The notes below the pieces were generated by a model. It worked only from the letters and a program-made list of their open reading frames with translations, searched no databases and was not told the origin of the DNA. Positions 17,273 through 32,097 of a stretch of 64,000 nucleotides of DNA are shown here, in pieces. The position numbers were made by a program, and so were the translations under genes. Position 1 is the first letter of the stretch. The number at the start of each line of letters is the position of its first letter. Source of the stretch: the human T2T-CHM13v2.0 reference genome, Homo sapiens; the NCBI RefSeq assembly GCF_009914755.1, contig NC_060929.1. The stretch is one strand, 5' to 3'.

Positions 17273-17708
17273 TGTCCTGGTCCATTTTTTGCTGCTTATA
17301 ACAGAATACCTGAACCTGGATCATTTATAAAGAAACAGAATGTATTTCTTAAGAGTTTGGGAGGCCGAGAAGTCTCAGGTTGACGGGCCATATCTGGCAA
17401 GGGCCTTCTTGCTGATGGGGTCTCTCTGCAGTCTGGAGGCGGCCCAGGGCATCACAGGGTGAGGGGGCTGAACATGTTAGCTCAGGTCTCTCTTCCTCTT
17501 TTTATAAAGCCACCAGTTCCACTCCCATGATAACCCATTAATGCATTAACTCATTAATGCCTTTATCCATGAACGGATTAATCCATATTCATGAAGATAG
17601 AGCCCTCATGACCCAATCACCTCTTAAAGGCTGCACCTCTCAATACTGCCACATTAGGGATTAAATTTCAACATCAGTTTTGGAGGGACAGACATTCCAA
17701 TCATAGCA
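17273..17708 (-). mobile_element. MSTB-like MaLR LTR inserted at the end of a MER46-like element (~16956-17272)
   Basis: TG...CA ends; 5-bp TSD GGACC at 17268 and 17709. Confidence 0.8.
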
Positions 17709-17939
17709 GGACCTGAAAAACAAATGCCAGGCACATCAGATATGCTCAGGAAGCCTTTCTAGACCTGTCTGGCAGCAGCACAGAATGTCTGAAAAACTGG
17801 TAGGAGATGAGACTGGAAAGACAGTTTGATATAGAAGGACCTAAATTCCAAGCTAAGAAATGTGGAGACTGATGAGTTTTCAAGGAACAATCTCTTTTTT
17901 AAATATGAAAATATAAAATTAATCTTTATTAATTTAAAA

Positions 17940-18230
17940 TAAAAGGGGGAGAATGGAATGGTGGTTGCCAGAGGCTGAGGGCTGGGGGAACTGGGGAGAT
18001 GTTGGTCAAAGGATACAAAGTTTCAGTTTTAAGAAGACTAAGTTCTGGGGATCTAATGTACAGAATCATGGCTACAGTTAACAATACCATATTGCATACT
18101 CGAAATTTGTTTTAAAAAGTCACTTTTTACTGTTCTCACCACACACACACACACAAATGATAACTAGGTGAGGTGAGATGTGTTAACTAAACTTGACTGT
18201 GATAATCATTTCACAATATGTCAAATCAAA
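17940..18230 (+). mobile_element. L1M 3' end
   Basis: gaatggtggttgccagaggctg...gttggtcaaaggatacaaagtttcag...gttctcaccacaca. Confidence 0.75.
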
Positions 18231-19010
18231 AAAATAGTTCAAATTAGAAACATAATAAAAGGGGGAACACCCTATTTAAAGTAGTGGAAAACTCCAATTT
18301 CGTTCATTCAAGAAACACATATTAAGCACCTGCTAAATGCTTGACACTTCACTAAACACTCTTGAACATGTTCCTTCATTCCATCTTTGCAATAACCAAG
18401 TAAAGTGGGCATTCTTAGCCCCATTTCACAGCGGAGAAGACTGAAGTTTAAGTGGTAGATAAACCAGTGAACAAGACAGATGAGGTCCTGGTTTTCAAGG
18501 AACTTCCAAGCCAGTGAAAGGAGACAGATAATACATAAGTGCCCTGTTAATGTAAGAAGATAATTCCAGAAAGTGATACAACTACAAATATATACATATA
18601 TATATACATATATATAGAAAGGGACAGAGACTGGGAGTAGGGTTGGAGCAATATACACAGTGGTCAGAGAGGGCCTCTCCTAGCAGTGACCCAAATGATG
18701 GGAAAGGAACATGAGAAGATCTAGAGCAGAAGCTTTCCAGCAAGAGGGGACAGCAGGTGCAAAAGCTCTCAAGCGTGCCTGATGGCCAGATGGAGGCCAG
18801 AGCAGCTGGAGCAAAGAGGGAAAGCGAGCGTGGAAACCATGAAGGGGGAAGAGGCAGGCAGTGCCTGATCATTTATGAGCTGAAATTGCATATCATATTA
18901 GAATACATTTAAAGGACAGCTGTTTATTAGCTTCATATCAACACTGCTGTGGGAATCGGCAACATTTTGTCTAGGATCACACCAGCACGGACTTTTAAAA
19001 TGCATGGCTT

Positions 19011-19306
19011 GGCCAGGCACAGTGGCTCACACCTGTAATCCTAGCACTTTGGGTGGCTGAGGTGGGAGGATCCTTGAACCCAGGAGTTCGAGATCAGCCT
19101 GGGCAACATGGCGAAACCCTGTGTCTACAAAAACTACAAAAAAATTAGCCGGGTGTGGTGGCACATGCCTATAGTCCCAGCTACTCCATAGGCTGAGGTG
19201 GGAGGATCACTTGAGCCCAGTGGGAGGGGTGAGGCTACAGTGAGCCCTGATCACACCACTGCACTCCAGCCTAGATGACACTAAGTGAGACCCTGTCTCA
19301 AAAAAA
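19011..19306 (+). mobile_element. Alu (J-type)
   Basis: Full dimer. Confidence 0.9.
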
Positions 19307-19847
19307 GCATGGCTCTATGTCTAGGCTGGAGCTGCATCCTCAGGTTGGAATTGAATTTCAGAGCCTAAGAGGGAAGAGTCTTTATTCTTTCCTACAGTTA
19401 GTCATTAAACAAATATTTGTTGAAGACCTACCATATGCCAGTCTTGTTCTAGTTTCTGGTTACATAACAGGGAACCCAAAAAAGTCCCTGGTCTCATAGA
19501 GTTGGGAAGACAAGACTTTAAATACCACACATAAATAAAGAATGTGATGCCAGAGAAGATGAACGTCCCAAAGGGGCTTAAGCACAGTGATAGCAAAGAC
19601 CCTTTCAAGAAGGTGACACATAGGCAGAGACCTGAATGGAGTGTGAGGGAGAAACCCATGCAGGGGGCTGAGGGAAGGACGAACCAGGCAGAGAGAAGAG
19701 CAAGTGTCAAGTCCCTGAAGTGGGAAAAAGCTTGGCATGTTTGAGGAACATCAAGAAGATCCAGGTGATTCCAGTGAAAGGAACAAAGAGTGAGCATTAG
19801 GAGATGAGATCAGAGAAGTAACCAGTGAGGGGCCAGATCATCTAGAG

Positions 19848-20500
<653 letters not shown>

Positions 20501-20838
20501 ATCTAAAGCCTTTCAGGCCACTGAGGAACCATGGATCTTGTTCTAACATAATGGATCTTGTTGTGACATGATGGAAGGTTTTGAGCAAAGGGTTTTGGAT
20601 ATAAATTACATTTTTTAAAGACCATTCAGGCAACTATGTTGAGAATGGATGAAGGGACAAGAGATACCAGCATGGAGAAGTGACTTACTCAGGGCCACAG
20701 AAAGAGAGAGAGGGGGTTAGAACCCAACGCAACCTGGCTAGTGGAGATCTTCATCTAACTAGGTGCCGTGAAATCTCTTTATCCATGTCACACTAGACCA
20801 TTCAGCAAATTGATTTGTCTTCTCTTTCTGTGCTTCAG

Positions 20839-20862
20839 GAATGGGAAATGAAGAAGACCTAG
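20839..20862 (+). CDS. AFAP1L1: AFAP1L1 last coding exon
   Basis: ctttctgtgcttcag|GAATGGGAAATGAAGAAGACCTAG = EWEMKKT*; VLQKAKEWE is the AFAP1-family C-terminus. Confidence 0.92.
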   Translation, partial: EWEMKKT

Positions 20863-22439
20863 GAAGAGGATGAGGATTTCATTCCAAAGGAAATACCAGC
20901 TTGTCCACCTGAGGAAGAAATGCTTTTTTCACAAGGAGACACCAAGAGAAGACTAGGAAGTAGCCCTCGTTCTCCAGGGCACCCAAAATACCAGCCTTTA
21001 TTGTCTGCATGATTTTAGGGGATATGGGGAGGGAACAAGTAGAAGGGAAGAGGGAAATGGAGAGCATCCTTATGACTTTACAAAGGGTGGAAATGAGGAT
21101 GGAGGGATACAGAAGTCTGCACAGCTGTAAAGGTTTTATAGATGTCTTTGCCTTCCCTTCTGAGGAAGGGAAGAAGTAATGAAAGCACATGTGAATAACC
21201 CCTTCCATCCCATTCACAGCATCGCACTCCCAGTCCTTAAGGCAAAGGGAGGCAGTGCTGAAGCATTGGTGGTGCAGTGTAAAGAGACAAGACCTGATCA
21301 TCTGATCACACTTGTGCCAACTTGATTCATATTGGGCATTACTAACAACCCCTGGTCAAGGTAAATAGGTTGAACAATCAATAACATTATCCCTGCCTGC
21401 ATACATGTGAACAAAAGCTATAGAGGACATGCAAATTCTACAGTCATTCCTCATATGCTTTAGACAGAGTGCAGCTACTGGAATCTTCCAGATTTCAGTG
21501 TTTTAAAATCAGAGCTCTGAATACACAAAAGGAAAGAGAAATGGAGCAGCTGACATATTTTAAGCTCACAGTGATACTCAGTGACAGGAGCACAGAGCTC
21601 TAATGTCCACAGGATGTTGTAGGGTAGGGTCTCTCAGTAAATCAAGTCCCTTACCTATGTTCTGACACTGAGGCTCTTGGAGCTATGGGTTAGAAATCCA
21701 GGAGGCAATATGTCTTTATTCTAATGAAGTCCTCATCTTGCACTCAGAGGCCCACTAGTTTGCCCTTCTATATATTAAGTAAAACCAAGAGAAATTAAGA
21801 GGATGATGGCTTCTTTCTGTCACATGGGTGCTAAACCTTTTACAAACACTTGATACTTCTATAGAGGGACCAAGGACCTCAAGTCCTGGGCAGTCTCCTT
21901 ACTGTGCTACTCACTACTGTCTCAACACTGTAGTGAGTCTGTCTTTAACACATTTCCTTCCAATAAAGATAAAACCACTTAACTCTTAAGTGCCAGTGCT
22001 TAGCTCAAGAGGAAAGAAGGAAAATCCCAGAATAACCGTGGCCACTTTGCTATAGGGGTTACATATTTTAACCCACCTAAGGTTTTACAGACTTTAGCCT
22101 CACTCAAACTTTATCACCCTCTGAGGTAGCTGGAGACCACAGCAGGAAAAATAACCTGACCAGTAATCACCCACTGATTAGTGGCAGAGCGTAGGACTTA
22201 GGGGTTATAAGCCCAGATCCAGATAGGGCTAGGTTTGAGCCATGCCTCTAATGACCAGCTGGGTGACCTTGGGAAAGTCACTTGATTGCTCTGATTCTTG
22301 TTTTCCTTATCTGTGAAATGGGACTAACAATTGTTACTTTTCTCCCAAGATTGTTGGGAAGATTTAATAAGATAATATATAGTAGGCATCTTGCATAGTG
22401 TCTGAGAAATAAGAAATGCTCAGTCAATAGTGGCTCTCA

Positions 22440-22611
22440 TTAGCCAGGCATGGTGGTACTCGCCTGTAGTCCCAGCTACTCAGGAGGCTGAGGCAGGAGG
22501 ACCGCTTGAGCCCAGGAGTTTGAGACTGTAGTGCACTATGATCACGCCTGTGAATTGCCACTGCACTCCAGCCTAAGCAAATAGCAAGACCCCATCTATT
22601 AAAAAAAAAAA
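22440..22611 (+). mobile_element. Alu right-arm/monomer in AFAP1L1 3'UTR
   Basis: ttagccaggcatggtgg...A tail. Confidence 0.85.
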
Positions 22612-22892
22612 GTGGCTATTATTAGCTATATCAGAAATGTCTGACTCACAAGCCTGTGTTCTTTCCACTGAAGAGGAAATTACTTTTCAGTGTTCTTTTT
22701 TAAAACGTGGATCCTGAAATGTCACCTAACTCTCCAACTATGTCTTCAGTGTCTGTCATACTCTTTCTTATGCAGTTATTTTGGGGTTAAGTGTCTTTTC
22801 TCACCAACAGATGAACTCTCAGAGGAGTGGCTGGGGGTAATTAATAATTAACATTTATCAAGCACTCACCATATGTCAGGCACTGTGTCAGC

Positions 22893-23053
22893 CATGGCCA
22901 GCTTCACAGGCATGCAACCTGTGCAGTCACACAGGGCCCCATGCTTAGAAGGGCCCTGTTCTTGGTTTAATGCTCTACTATTGCCTTCTTAATCATATTT
23001 GAACAAGGAGTTCTGCTTTTCCTTTTGCCCTTTAAATTAGATAGCCAGTCCTG
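22893..23053 (+). mobile_element. MER45A-like hAT element
   Basis: ggccagcttcacaggcatgcaacctgtgcagtcacacagggcccc...tagccagtcctg. Confidence 0.65.
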
Positions 23054-23274
23054 GTGCTAACTAACCACTTTTCTAGGTATTATCCCTTTAGTTTTCACTG
23101 AAACCCTGAGATAAGTTATATTGCCCTAGTTTTCACAGTTCAGGAAATGGAAGCTCACAGAGGTCAGGTAACTTGTCCAAGCTCCCATAGTTCTTATATT
23201 TACATGCTGGTGGAGCCAGCATGTGAATATAAGAAGTCTGACCCTAGAGCCTTATTCTTAATTTTAAAGCTCTA

Positions 23275-23819
<545 letters not shown>

Positions 23820-24662
23820 TCAGTCTGTCAGAATTCTACTGTCACTGTTTCCTTATTGCGGGATCTTGCATAGGTTTACCAACCTTTCTGAGCCTCAATT
23901 TTCTCATATGTAAAAGAGAATCATAATACCTCCCTAAACCATATCACCCTTTTCATAAGGCCAAAAAGAAAATATAAGTTATTGGTCATGACACATTTGA
24001 GTTGGACCTCGGATTAGATAAAAAGATGAAAATACTCCAGCTCTGTCCTCATGGAACTCAGAGACAAGCAGGAAAGAAAATGTGACCCAAATAACTACAG
24101 TACAAATAACCCATGTTATGACAAGATTCAGAGTGCTCAAGGAACACTTCCCATTCCCTTAAAAAAAAAAATTAAGGGACTATCCAGTAACTAAGCTGGC
24201 AACTCCAAGTGCCCTGGACCCCAGTCACCAATCCATCCTCTCAGTCTGTCAGCTTTCCATCCTAAATCTCTAAAATTCATCCATATCTTCCTATCTTCAC
24301 TGACACTATCCAACTTAATTAAGTCATTCAACAAATACTTGAGTACCTACTATACTAGATGTCAGAAATCAGTGGTGAACAAGACAGACACCTCATGAAG
24401 CTCACATTCTAGTTGGAGGAAAAAACCTTAACAAGGAAGCAAAAGAAATAAAATACTAAGAAACTAAAAGGGTGCTGGACACAGTTACTTTACAGTGGTT
24501 AGGAAGGTCTCTCTCTGTTCTTCCAGGACAGAATATAGCCCCATCTTGCCTGGGCTACTGCAACATATTGCCTTCCCTACCTCTTTTCTTACACCTTGCA
24601 ATCTGCTTCACACAGCAGTCAAAGTGACTCTTTAAACATGAAAGCCTTTGTCACATGTTCCC

Positions 24663-25238
24663 TGTCAATCTAAAATAATTTAAAAGGTCAGAATCTAGTT
24701 TAAAGAGAGTTTATTCAAGCACAAAGGTTGAGGATGGCCTGCCCAGGAAGCACAGAATGGAAAAATATGTCTGTCTTAAAAAAGATGGAAGTCAGTGTTC
24801 CAAAGTGTGAAAGGTTGGGTTCAGTGAGGTTTAACAGAATTTCAACATCTTTCTATGCAAGGCTTAATGCACAGTTACAATGATCTGAGTAGTTAAGGTG
24901 GTCTTTTTCCTTCAAGAAAGGTACATTTAACATCACATCCTGCAGATGTAACTGTCATGGGGTCAGTTCAGTTCAGGGCACCATCTAGTCTGAGTTAGGT
25001 GCAGGACAATAAAGGAGGCTGTCTATTACAAACATCAGTAATTGAGAGGGAAGAAATCTGGTCTCTGCTCTTTCCTAGTCATTACAGAACAAGAACAATG
25101 AGGAAGAGAATTAAGCTATAATTCTAAGAAGCAGAACTACAAAACATGCTACATGGACTCAGACCACAGCCACATCTCTCTCAAAGCTTCAAGTATTTGG
25201 GAGGTTCCAACAGCTTTTAGGTTTTATTTATTTTCACA
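24663..25238 (-). mobile_element. Solo ERV1-type LTR
   Basis: TG...CA ends; aaagagagtttattcaagc (AATAAA on minus) resembles MER4-group LTR 3' ends. Confidence 0.6.
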
Positions 25239-25292
25239 TTCCATTGCAATCAGAATCAGACTAAATTGCATTCAGCAAAAAAGTTTTTTGAA

Positions 25293-25596
<304 letters not shown>

Positions 25597-26109
25597 TTAG
25601 GGCACTGCTCAATGGGAATGAATAGACAATATCTCTGCCTTAAAAGAGCTTATATTTTAGTGAGAGGAAATGAGAAAATACACACTATTTAAAAAAACAA
25701 TTCAGTCGATAAGAAGGGCATTAGAGAAAAAGACTGGGAGGAGTGATGGGCAATGGTTCAGGCTGCGATGTTTTAAACCGCTCACGTGATCTAGCCCTTC
25801 CTAACCACCAGTCCTGTTGCCCTCCCGCCTCAGTATATTTCAGTCCCTTACATGCAATACTCTTCTCTCTTTATTAGGCTTCTGCAGATGTTTCCCTCTG
25901 CCTGAACCCTTTCTTCAGCTCAGCTCAAATACCCCCTTCCTCTGGGAAAACTTTCCACAAGGCTAGATTTCTATTCTAGGCTTCCGCGACACCTGCCCCT
26001 CACCTTCAAACACCGCTCATATTCTGACTTTACATCCCGCTTGTATCTGTTTATCGCTCATAATATCAAGTAAGCTCCATGCGGGCACAGCTATGATCTG
26101 CTTTCTTTG

Positions 26110-26640
26110 CTGCCGACCCTGCGCCCAGCACGGAGACTGTAGTTACTACTAGGACCTCGCCTACCCGCGGAACACACTGAGAGCCGGAAGTGTTGCCTTA
26201 GCTCCGGACGACCGGATGGGGAACGGCGCGGCCCATCGGGCAACCGGAAGCATAGCGTTCCTGTCCGGAAGTCCTGAGAGGGAAACGCCCGCAAAGGCTG
26301 GTTTTTAAGCGGGAGCATCTCTTCACTCGCAGCAAGTGCGCGTGCGCTGCCTCTCAGCCCAAATTGGAAACATGGCCGTACGGTCGCTGTGGGCGGGCCG
26401 GCTGCGGGTGCAGCGCCTACTGGCCTGGAGTGCCGCGTGGGAGAGCAAGTAAGCATTGCAGGCGGGGAGTCGGGAGCGTGAGGACTCTGAGGGGCTAGCG
26501 AGCCAGCCGGGGTGGTTGTGGGCTGGAAGGCGAGAGCTATCTGAGCGTAGGCCAGGGGACCAAGCTTCTCGGCCTCTACGACCGTGCACTCACGGCCCCA
26601 TTTTACAGACGGGGAAACTGAGGCCATCAGCCGTGCCTCT
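26110..26640 (+). promoter_or_regulatory. GRPEL2: GRPEL2 CpG-island promoter (ETS/GABP, NRF1-like, YY1-like motifs)
   Basis: CpG-dense; CCGGAAG(T) at 26184, 26244 and 26265; TGCGCGTGCGC at 26337-26347; AACATGGCCG over the ATG; no TATA box. Confidence 0.85.
26372..26448 (+). CDS. GRPEL2: GRPEL2 exon 1 (mitochondrial presequence)
   Basis: MAVRSLWAGRLRVQRLLAWSAAWES(K), Arg-rich and acid-poor; donor AA|gtaagc. Confidence 0.95.
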
Positions 26641-27393
26641 TTCTTAGGCCGAGGAAGGTAAGGAGATCCGAGGTCATGCATGGCCTGGAAGGTGAGAAGT
26701 CTCTTAAGCCCCCAAGGGAGGGATGTACCACTCTCCCGGCCTCTTCTCCCAGCCTGTGGTACCTGTGGGTAAATTTGGGTTCTCTCCCCTCACTCCGTGT
26801 GACCTAAGGCCAGTCCTTTCTCCGTTATCCGGGCACTGTTGTACCTGTCAGTAAAAGGAGGCCGCTGAACTTGTTTCTCCAAACGGCCATTGCATCAGCC
26901 TTCGGAAGACAAGTTCCATCGGCAGCTTTTATTGGTCGCTTACGAGGCCGACTGCAGAATTATGGGTGGTTCTTTTTATTATTACCCATTTAGTAGTTAA
27001 GGAAAGTGAGGTTTAGAAAAGTTGAGTAACTTCCAAACTTAAATATTTGGGAAGTGGTGGAACCCGGGCTGGAAACCAGTCAGGGCGTTGGAATCGGCGC
27101 TCTTATTTAATGAGCGATGTTAATTAATTTTCTCAGAGACTGTTGCCCCTACACTGTTTCTTCCTGGGATAGAGAATAAAAATAGTTGAGTACGAGGTAG
27201 GGTTGGACCTCTGAATAGTAAAGTAAGCTACGGGAGAATCTGGTAAATGTGCTTAACTACATATGTCACCCTTTTTACCTTAACACACCTGACCCAACAT
27301 CCTACCCTAGCACCTAAGTGAGAGGTTGCATTCAGGGTTTCGGGACTTGGTTTTGCTTACCGTTCTCAAGTCTTTTTGGCAGCTTGTTGGTGA

Positions 27394-27839
<446 letters not shown>

Positions 27840-29086
27840 CCTGAGAATATTTTGACCTGCTTTTTCAAGTGGATAAATGTGGTTTTTTTAGGGAGAAGAT
27901 GTTTCACCGTGTGTAATTAGCCCCAGATCTACGGTGACCATATTTTCTGACCCCAAAATGTGGAACTGTCTATAAAATCACACACCGGATTATAATAATT
28001 GAATTTAAGATCAGCTTGGAAAGTAGGAGAGATAAAAGTCCTCTTGCTTACACCTTTAAACTAGCTATTTGCTCTGCCCAGGATGCTCTTCCCTTTTCTA
28101 AAGCTGACTCCTTTACCCTCTTTAAGCCTTTGCTCAGCTGTCTCCGTGAGGACCACTCTACAGTATATGCCAGTCCATAAAAATTGTTTTAAAGAACTCA
28201 TGTACTCACAGATTGATTTTCAAGATAATTTTACTTACAGTCAAATTACGAAGATCCAGGAGTTGCAGTGGAAACTTCCTTGAACTGGGCCAGGTCAGGA
28301 CTGCCACAGCCCAAGATTTGCTGTAAACTAGCCCCTAGTCTAAATTTATTTCTGTGTAAACTGAACTAAATGTCAAAACAGTTTAGCTGTACAAAATTCT
28401 AGATTACATAACTAGTTGAATGCAAAGATCTATTTTCACCTGTGTCTATTCACCGGCAGTAACATATAGTATTGTATAAGTATTTCATTGACTTGATCTT
28501 ATTTATAGGTGGGAATTTCTTTCTCAGCACAGGTCTCCTAAAAGCCTTACAGGTTGTGGTGAGGAAGGCTTAGAATTCTAAGCCTTAAGGTCCCTTTACT
28601 GGACTTAATTTCCCTCATCTGTAAGTTAGAAGGTTGAACCAGAACTATATGACTTTTTGAATGCCCACTTCTGACAATGCTCCTCTGGTTCTGGGTACTA
28701 GCATTTGGTTTCCTTATGCTGACTTTTGTATACCCAGTTCTGGCTATTTCTGCTGCCTGGTTCTTAGTGTCCTGACCCAGCGGAATACCAACTATGTGAT
28801 CTTGAGCAGGCCATTATGCCTTAAGCCTCTCAGCATCAGTTTTCTCATCTGTAAAATAGGGATAATGATAGGACTTATCTCACATATTGTTGTGAGAGGA
28901 AAAGATGACTCAAGTAAAACAGTGTCTGGTACATGGTAAGGACTTCGTAAGTGTTCATTTGTTACTATAACTGAAAACACTTTCTCCAGAGATTCCATCT
29001 GGGAAGATCTCTGGTCTCTAAACTTGGTTGTAATTTTGGCTTATGATGGCATTTCTTCATTATGTGCCACCTCCTTCCTGTTTTAG

Positions 29087-29240
29087 GGGATGGCCGCTTC
29101 CATTCAGCACTGCCACCCAGAGAACTGCTGGTGAGGACTGCCGTTCTGAGGACCCTCCTGATGAGCTTGGGCCCCCTCTTGCTGAACGAGCCTTAAGGGT
29201 AAAAGCTGTTAAACTGGAGAAAGAAGTCCAAGATTTAACA
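29087..29240 (+). CDS. GRPEL2: GRPEL2 exon 2
   Basis: cctgttttag|GGGATGG...TTAACA|gtgagt; GWPLPFSTATQRTAGEDCRSEDPPDELGPPLAERALRVKAVKLEKEVQDLT; phase 2-0. Confidence 0.95.
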
Positions 29241-29810
29241 GTGAGTCAATTTTATATTTCTTCTTCATATCCTCTCTCTAGTTTAAATATCCACATAAAG
29301 TTTTTTATGTCAATTTTCAAAATGAAGTTTTCTTTAATTGGCTCTTTATCTGCTACCCCTCATCCCTCCTCCACTCCTTGCTAGGTATACTGGGCAGAAA
29401 AAAACTGTAGTAGTTGAAAAACACCACTGGCTAAAGATAGTCATCTCTTTTCGGTTTCCTGTTATGTCACAGCACTTAGATATCTGATGTTTCAGCAGAT
29501 TAAAGGAGGTGTACAGTGCCTGGAATATAGTAGACAATAAATATTTGTTGAATGAGTGAGGTCACTGACCATTGTTCTTTGCTGATGAGACCATGTCTGG
29601 CATACTGGACCCAGTCCTGGGTTGATAGACACACTTAGAGGGAGATAGATAAACTAGAGGAATTCCAAAGCAAAACCACCTAGATAGAATGGTAAGGAGG
29701 CTGGAAAGCATTCCTTATGACAGCAATTGAAAGAACCACGAATTGTCTTAAGAATGAGAGAGAAAAGGACTAAAGAGGGTAAAATAACTGCCTCCAAATA
29801 GATGACATAC

Positions 29811-30110
<300 letters not shown>

Positions 30111-30468
30111 TAGATGACATACTTTTAAAACTTATTCTCAGTTATCCTTAAGTTCAAGTCAATGAAAGGAAGTTGGAGGTTGGCAGTGTTGGCTGAATGT
30201 GAAAAAGAAAGCTTTTCCTCAAGATAATGAACTTGAAACCGTTAGGAGTTTGAACTGTCAGGCTAAATGACTACCTAGCAGTGCTGCTAAAGAGTGGGTT
30301 TCTGCGTTGACTGGGGATTTGGAGTAGCTGATCTAAGATTTCTGTAACTCCTAGTTTGTTTTATAAAAACCTATCAAAAGGGTGAAATTTGTAAAGTAAG
30401 CAAAAACATTCTCTTCCACCAATAAGTATTTGTTTTCTCATCCTTTTGATTTTGCTTTTGATATTCAG

Positions 30469-30550
30469 GTGAGATACCAGAGAGCTATAGCTGATTGTGA
30501 AAACATAAGGAGGCGAACCCAGAGATGTGTGGAAGACGCCAAGATATTTG
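30469..30550 (+). CDS. GRPEL2: GRPEL2 exon 3 (contains Cys87)
   Basis: gatattcag|GTGAGA...TTTG|gtgaga; VRYQRAIADCENIRRRTQRCVEDAKIF, matching the GrpE RxxAdxENxRRR motif. Confidence 0.95.
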
Positions 30551-30582
30551 GTGAGAGATTTATTTACAATAAAAATGTCTTT

Positions 30583-30887
<305 letters not shown>

Positions 30888-31732
30888 TCAAAGTCAAAGA
30901 CCTAGCCTGTTTTGACACAAGGCCTTAAGCCTGTCCCTGGATTAAAGTCAGATTAACAAAGTCCTTGACTCTCACCAGCCCCCACTGGAGCTTTGGTATC
31001 GTGTCATAGACCTCTCTAATGATGACTTTCTTGCCCTCATTTCTGTAAGAAAAATCAAGTTTTAGAATTGAGCGTAATGGGATTTCTCAACAACTGAATT
31101 TACTTTTGTCTTGTAACAGTTCGTATGACTCTTTTAAAAAATCAGACAAGTTTTGTGGTCCATCTCTAGCAACTTCATAGCCAACTTACCTCATCTATGG
31201 CTGTGTCTTACTTTCGTGTTCCTATTTAGCCAGTCCTCAAGAATAAACCATTCATGACACCCCTTAGCATAGTGTTGTTGACTTTCTTTTTTTATTGTTA
31301 GTGCCCTTCTCGTGAAATATTAATGTCTTGTCCCTGTTGAGAATGTATGCCATAGCACAACTGGGACAGGCAGGAATTTTCAAAATGTACATAATACTAC
31401 AAGCAAATAGCAACAAAAATTCATGTACATAAAAATAGTTGTTTTTAAAGAACAGGTTTAAGCCTGTTGTGTATAGTCTTACCTAGTTCTTGGGTTCTGT
31501 CTTTTCCATTTCCTAGTCAAGTTCCTAGTCATATATGCCTTCTGAGAGAGACACTGACTTGTCAGTTGGGTTGGGGTGGTAATCAGTGATGATCTCTGAG
31601 TCCTGTGTGGCAACCTTTCCACTTGCTGGACTACTCAGCATACTAGCCGTCTATCTAGGCCTTACCCAAACTCTATGCCCACGGGCAGAGTGATTTCCTC
31701 ACAAACAATAAAAATAACTGGCTTCTCTGCAG

Positions 31733-32097
31733 GAATCCAGAGTTTCTGTAAGGACTTGGTGGAGGTGGCTGACATTTTGGAGAAGACTACAGAGTGCATT
31801 TCTGAAGAATCGGAGCCTGAGGACCAAAAGCTCACTCTGGAGAAGGTCTTCCGAGGGTTGTTGCTTTTAGAAGCAAAGCTGAAAAGTGTGTTTGCCAAGC
31901 ATGGCCTGGAGAAACTGACACCCATTGGTGACAAATATGACCCCCATGAGCATGAACTCATCTGTCATGTGCCAGCTGGTGTTGGGGTGCAGCCTGGCAC
32001 CGTGGCATTAGTAAGACAAGATGGCTACAAACTTCATGGCCGCACCATTAGGCTTGCCCGAGTGGAAGTGGCAGTGGAGTCTCAGAGAAGACTGTGA
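31733..32097 (+). CDS. GRPEL2: GRPEL2 exon 4 (GrpE head domain); total CDS 678 nt = 225 aa
   Basis: ttctctgcag|GAATCC...CTGTGA; YDPHEHE and GYKLHGRTIRLARVEV are GrpE signatures. Confidence 0.96.

Noticed and set aside
26091-26681. 196-aa minus ORF over the GRPEL2 promoter (similar ORFs at 38544-38966 and 60138-60659)
   Set aside because: Stop-poor GC-rich sequence; low-complexity P/A/R/G translation.
32086-32097. GRPEL2 C-terminal RRL as a peroxisomal PTS1
   Set aside because: Does not fit [SAC][KRH][LM], and the protein has an N-terminal mitochondrial presequence.
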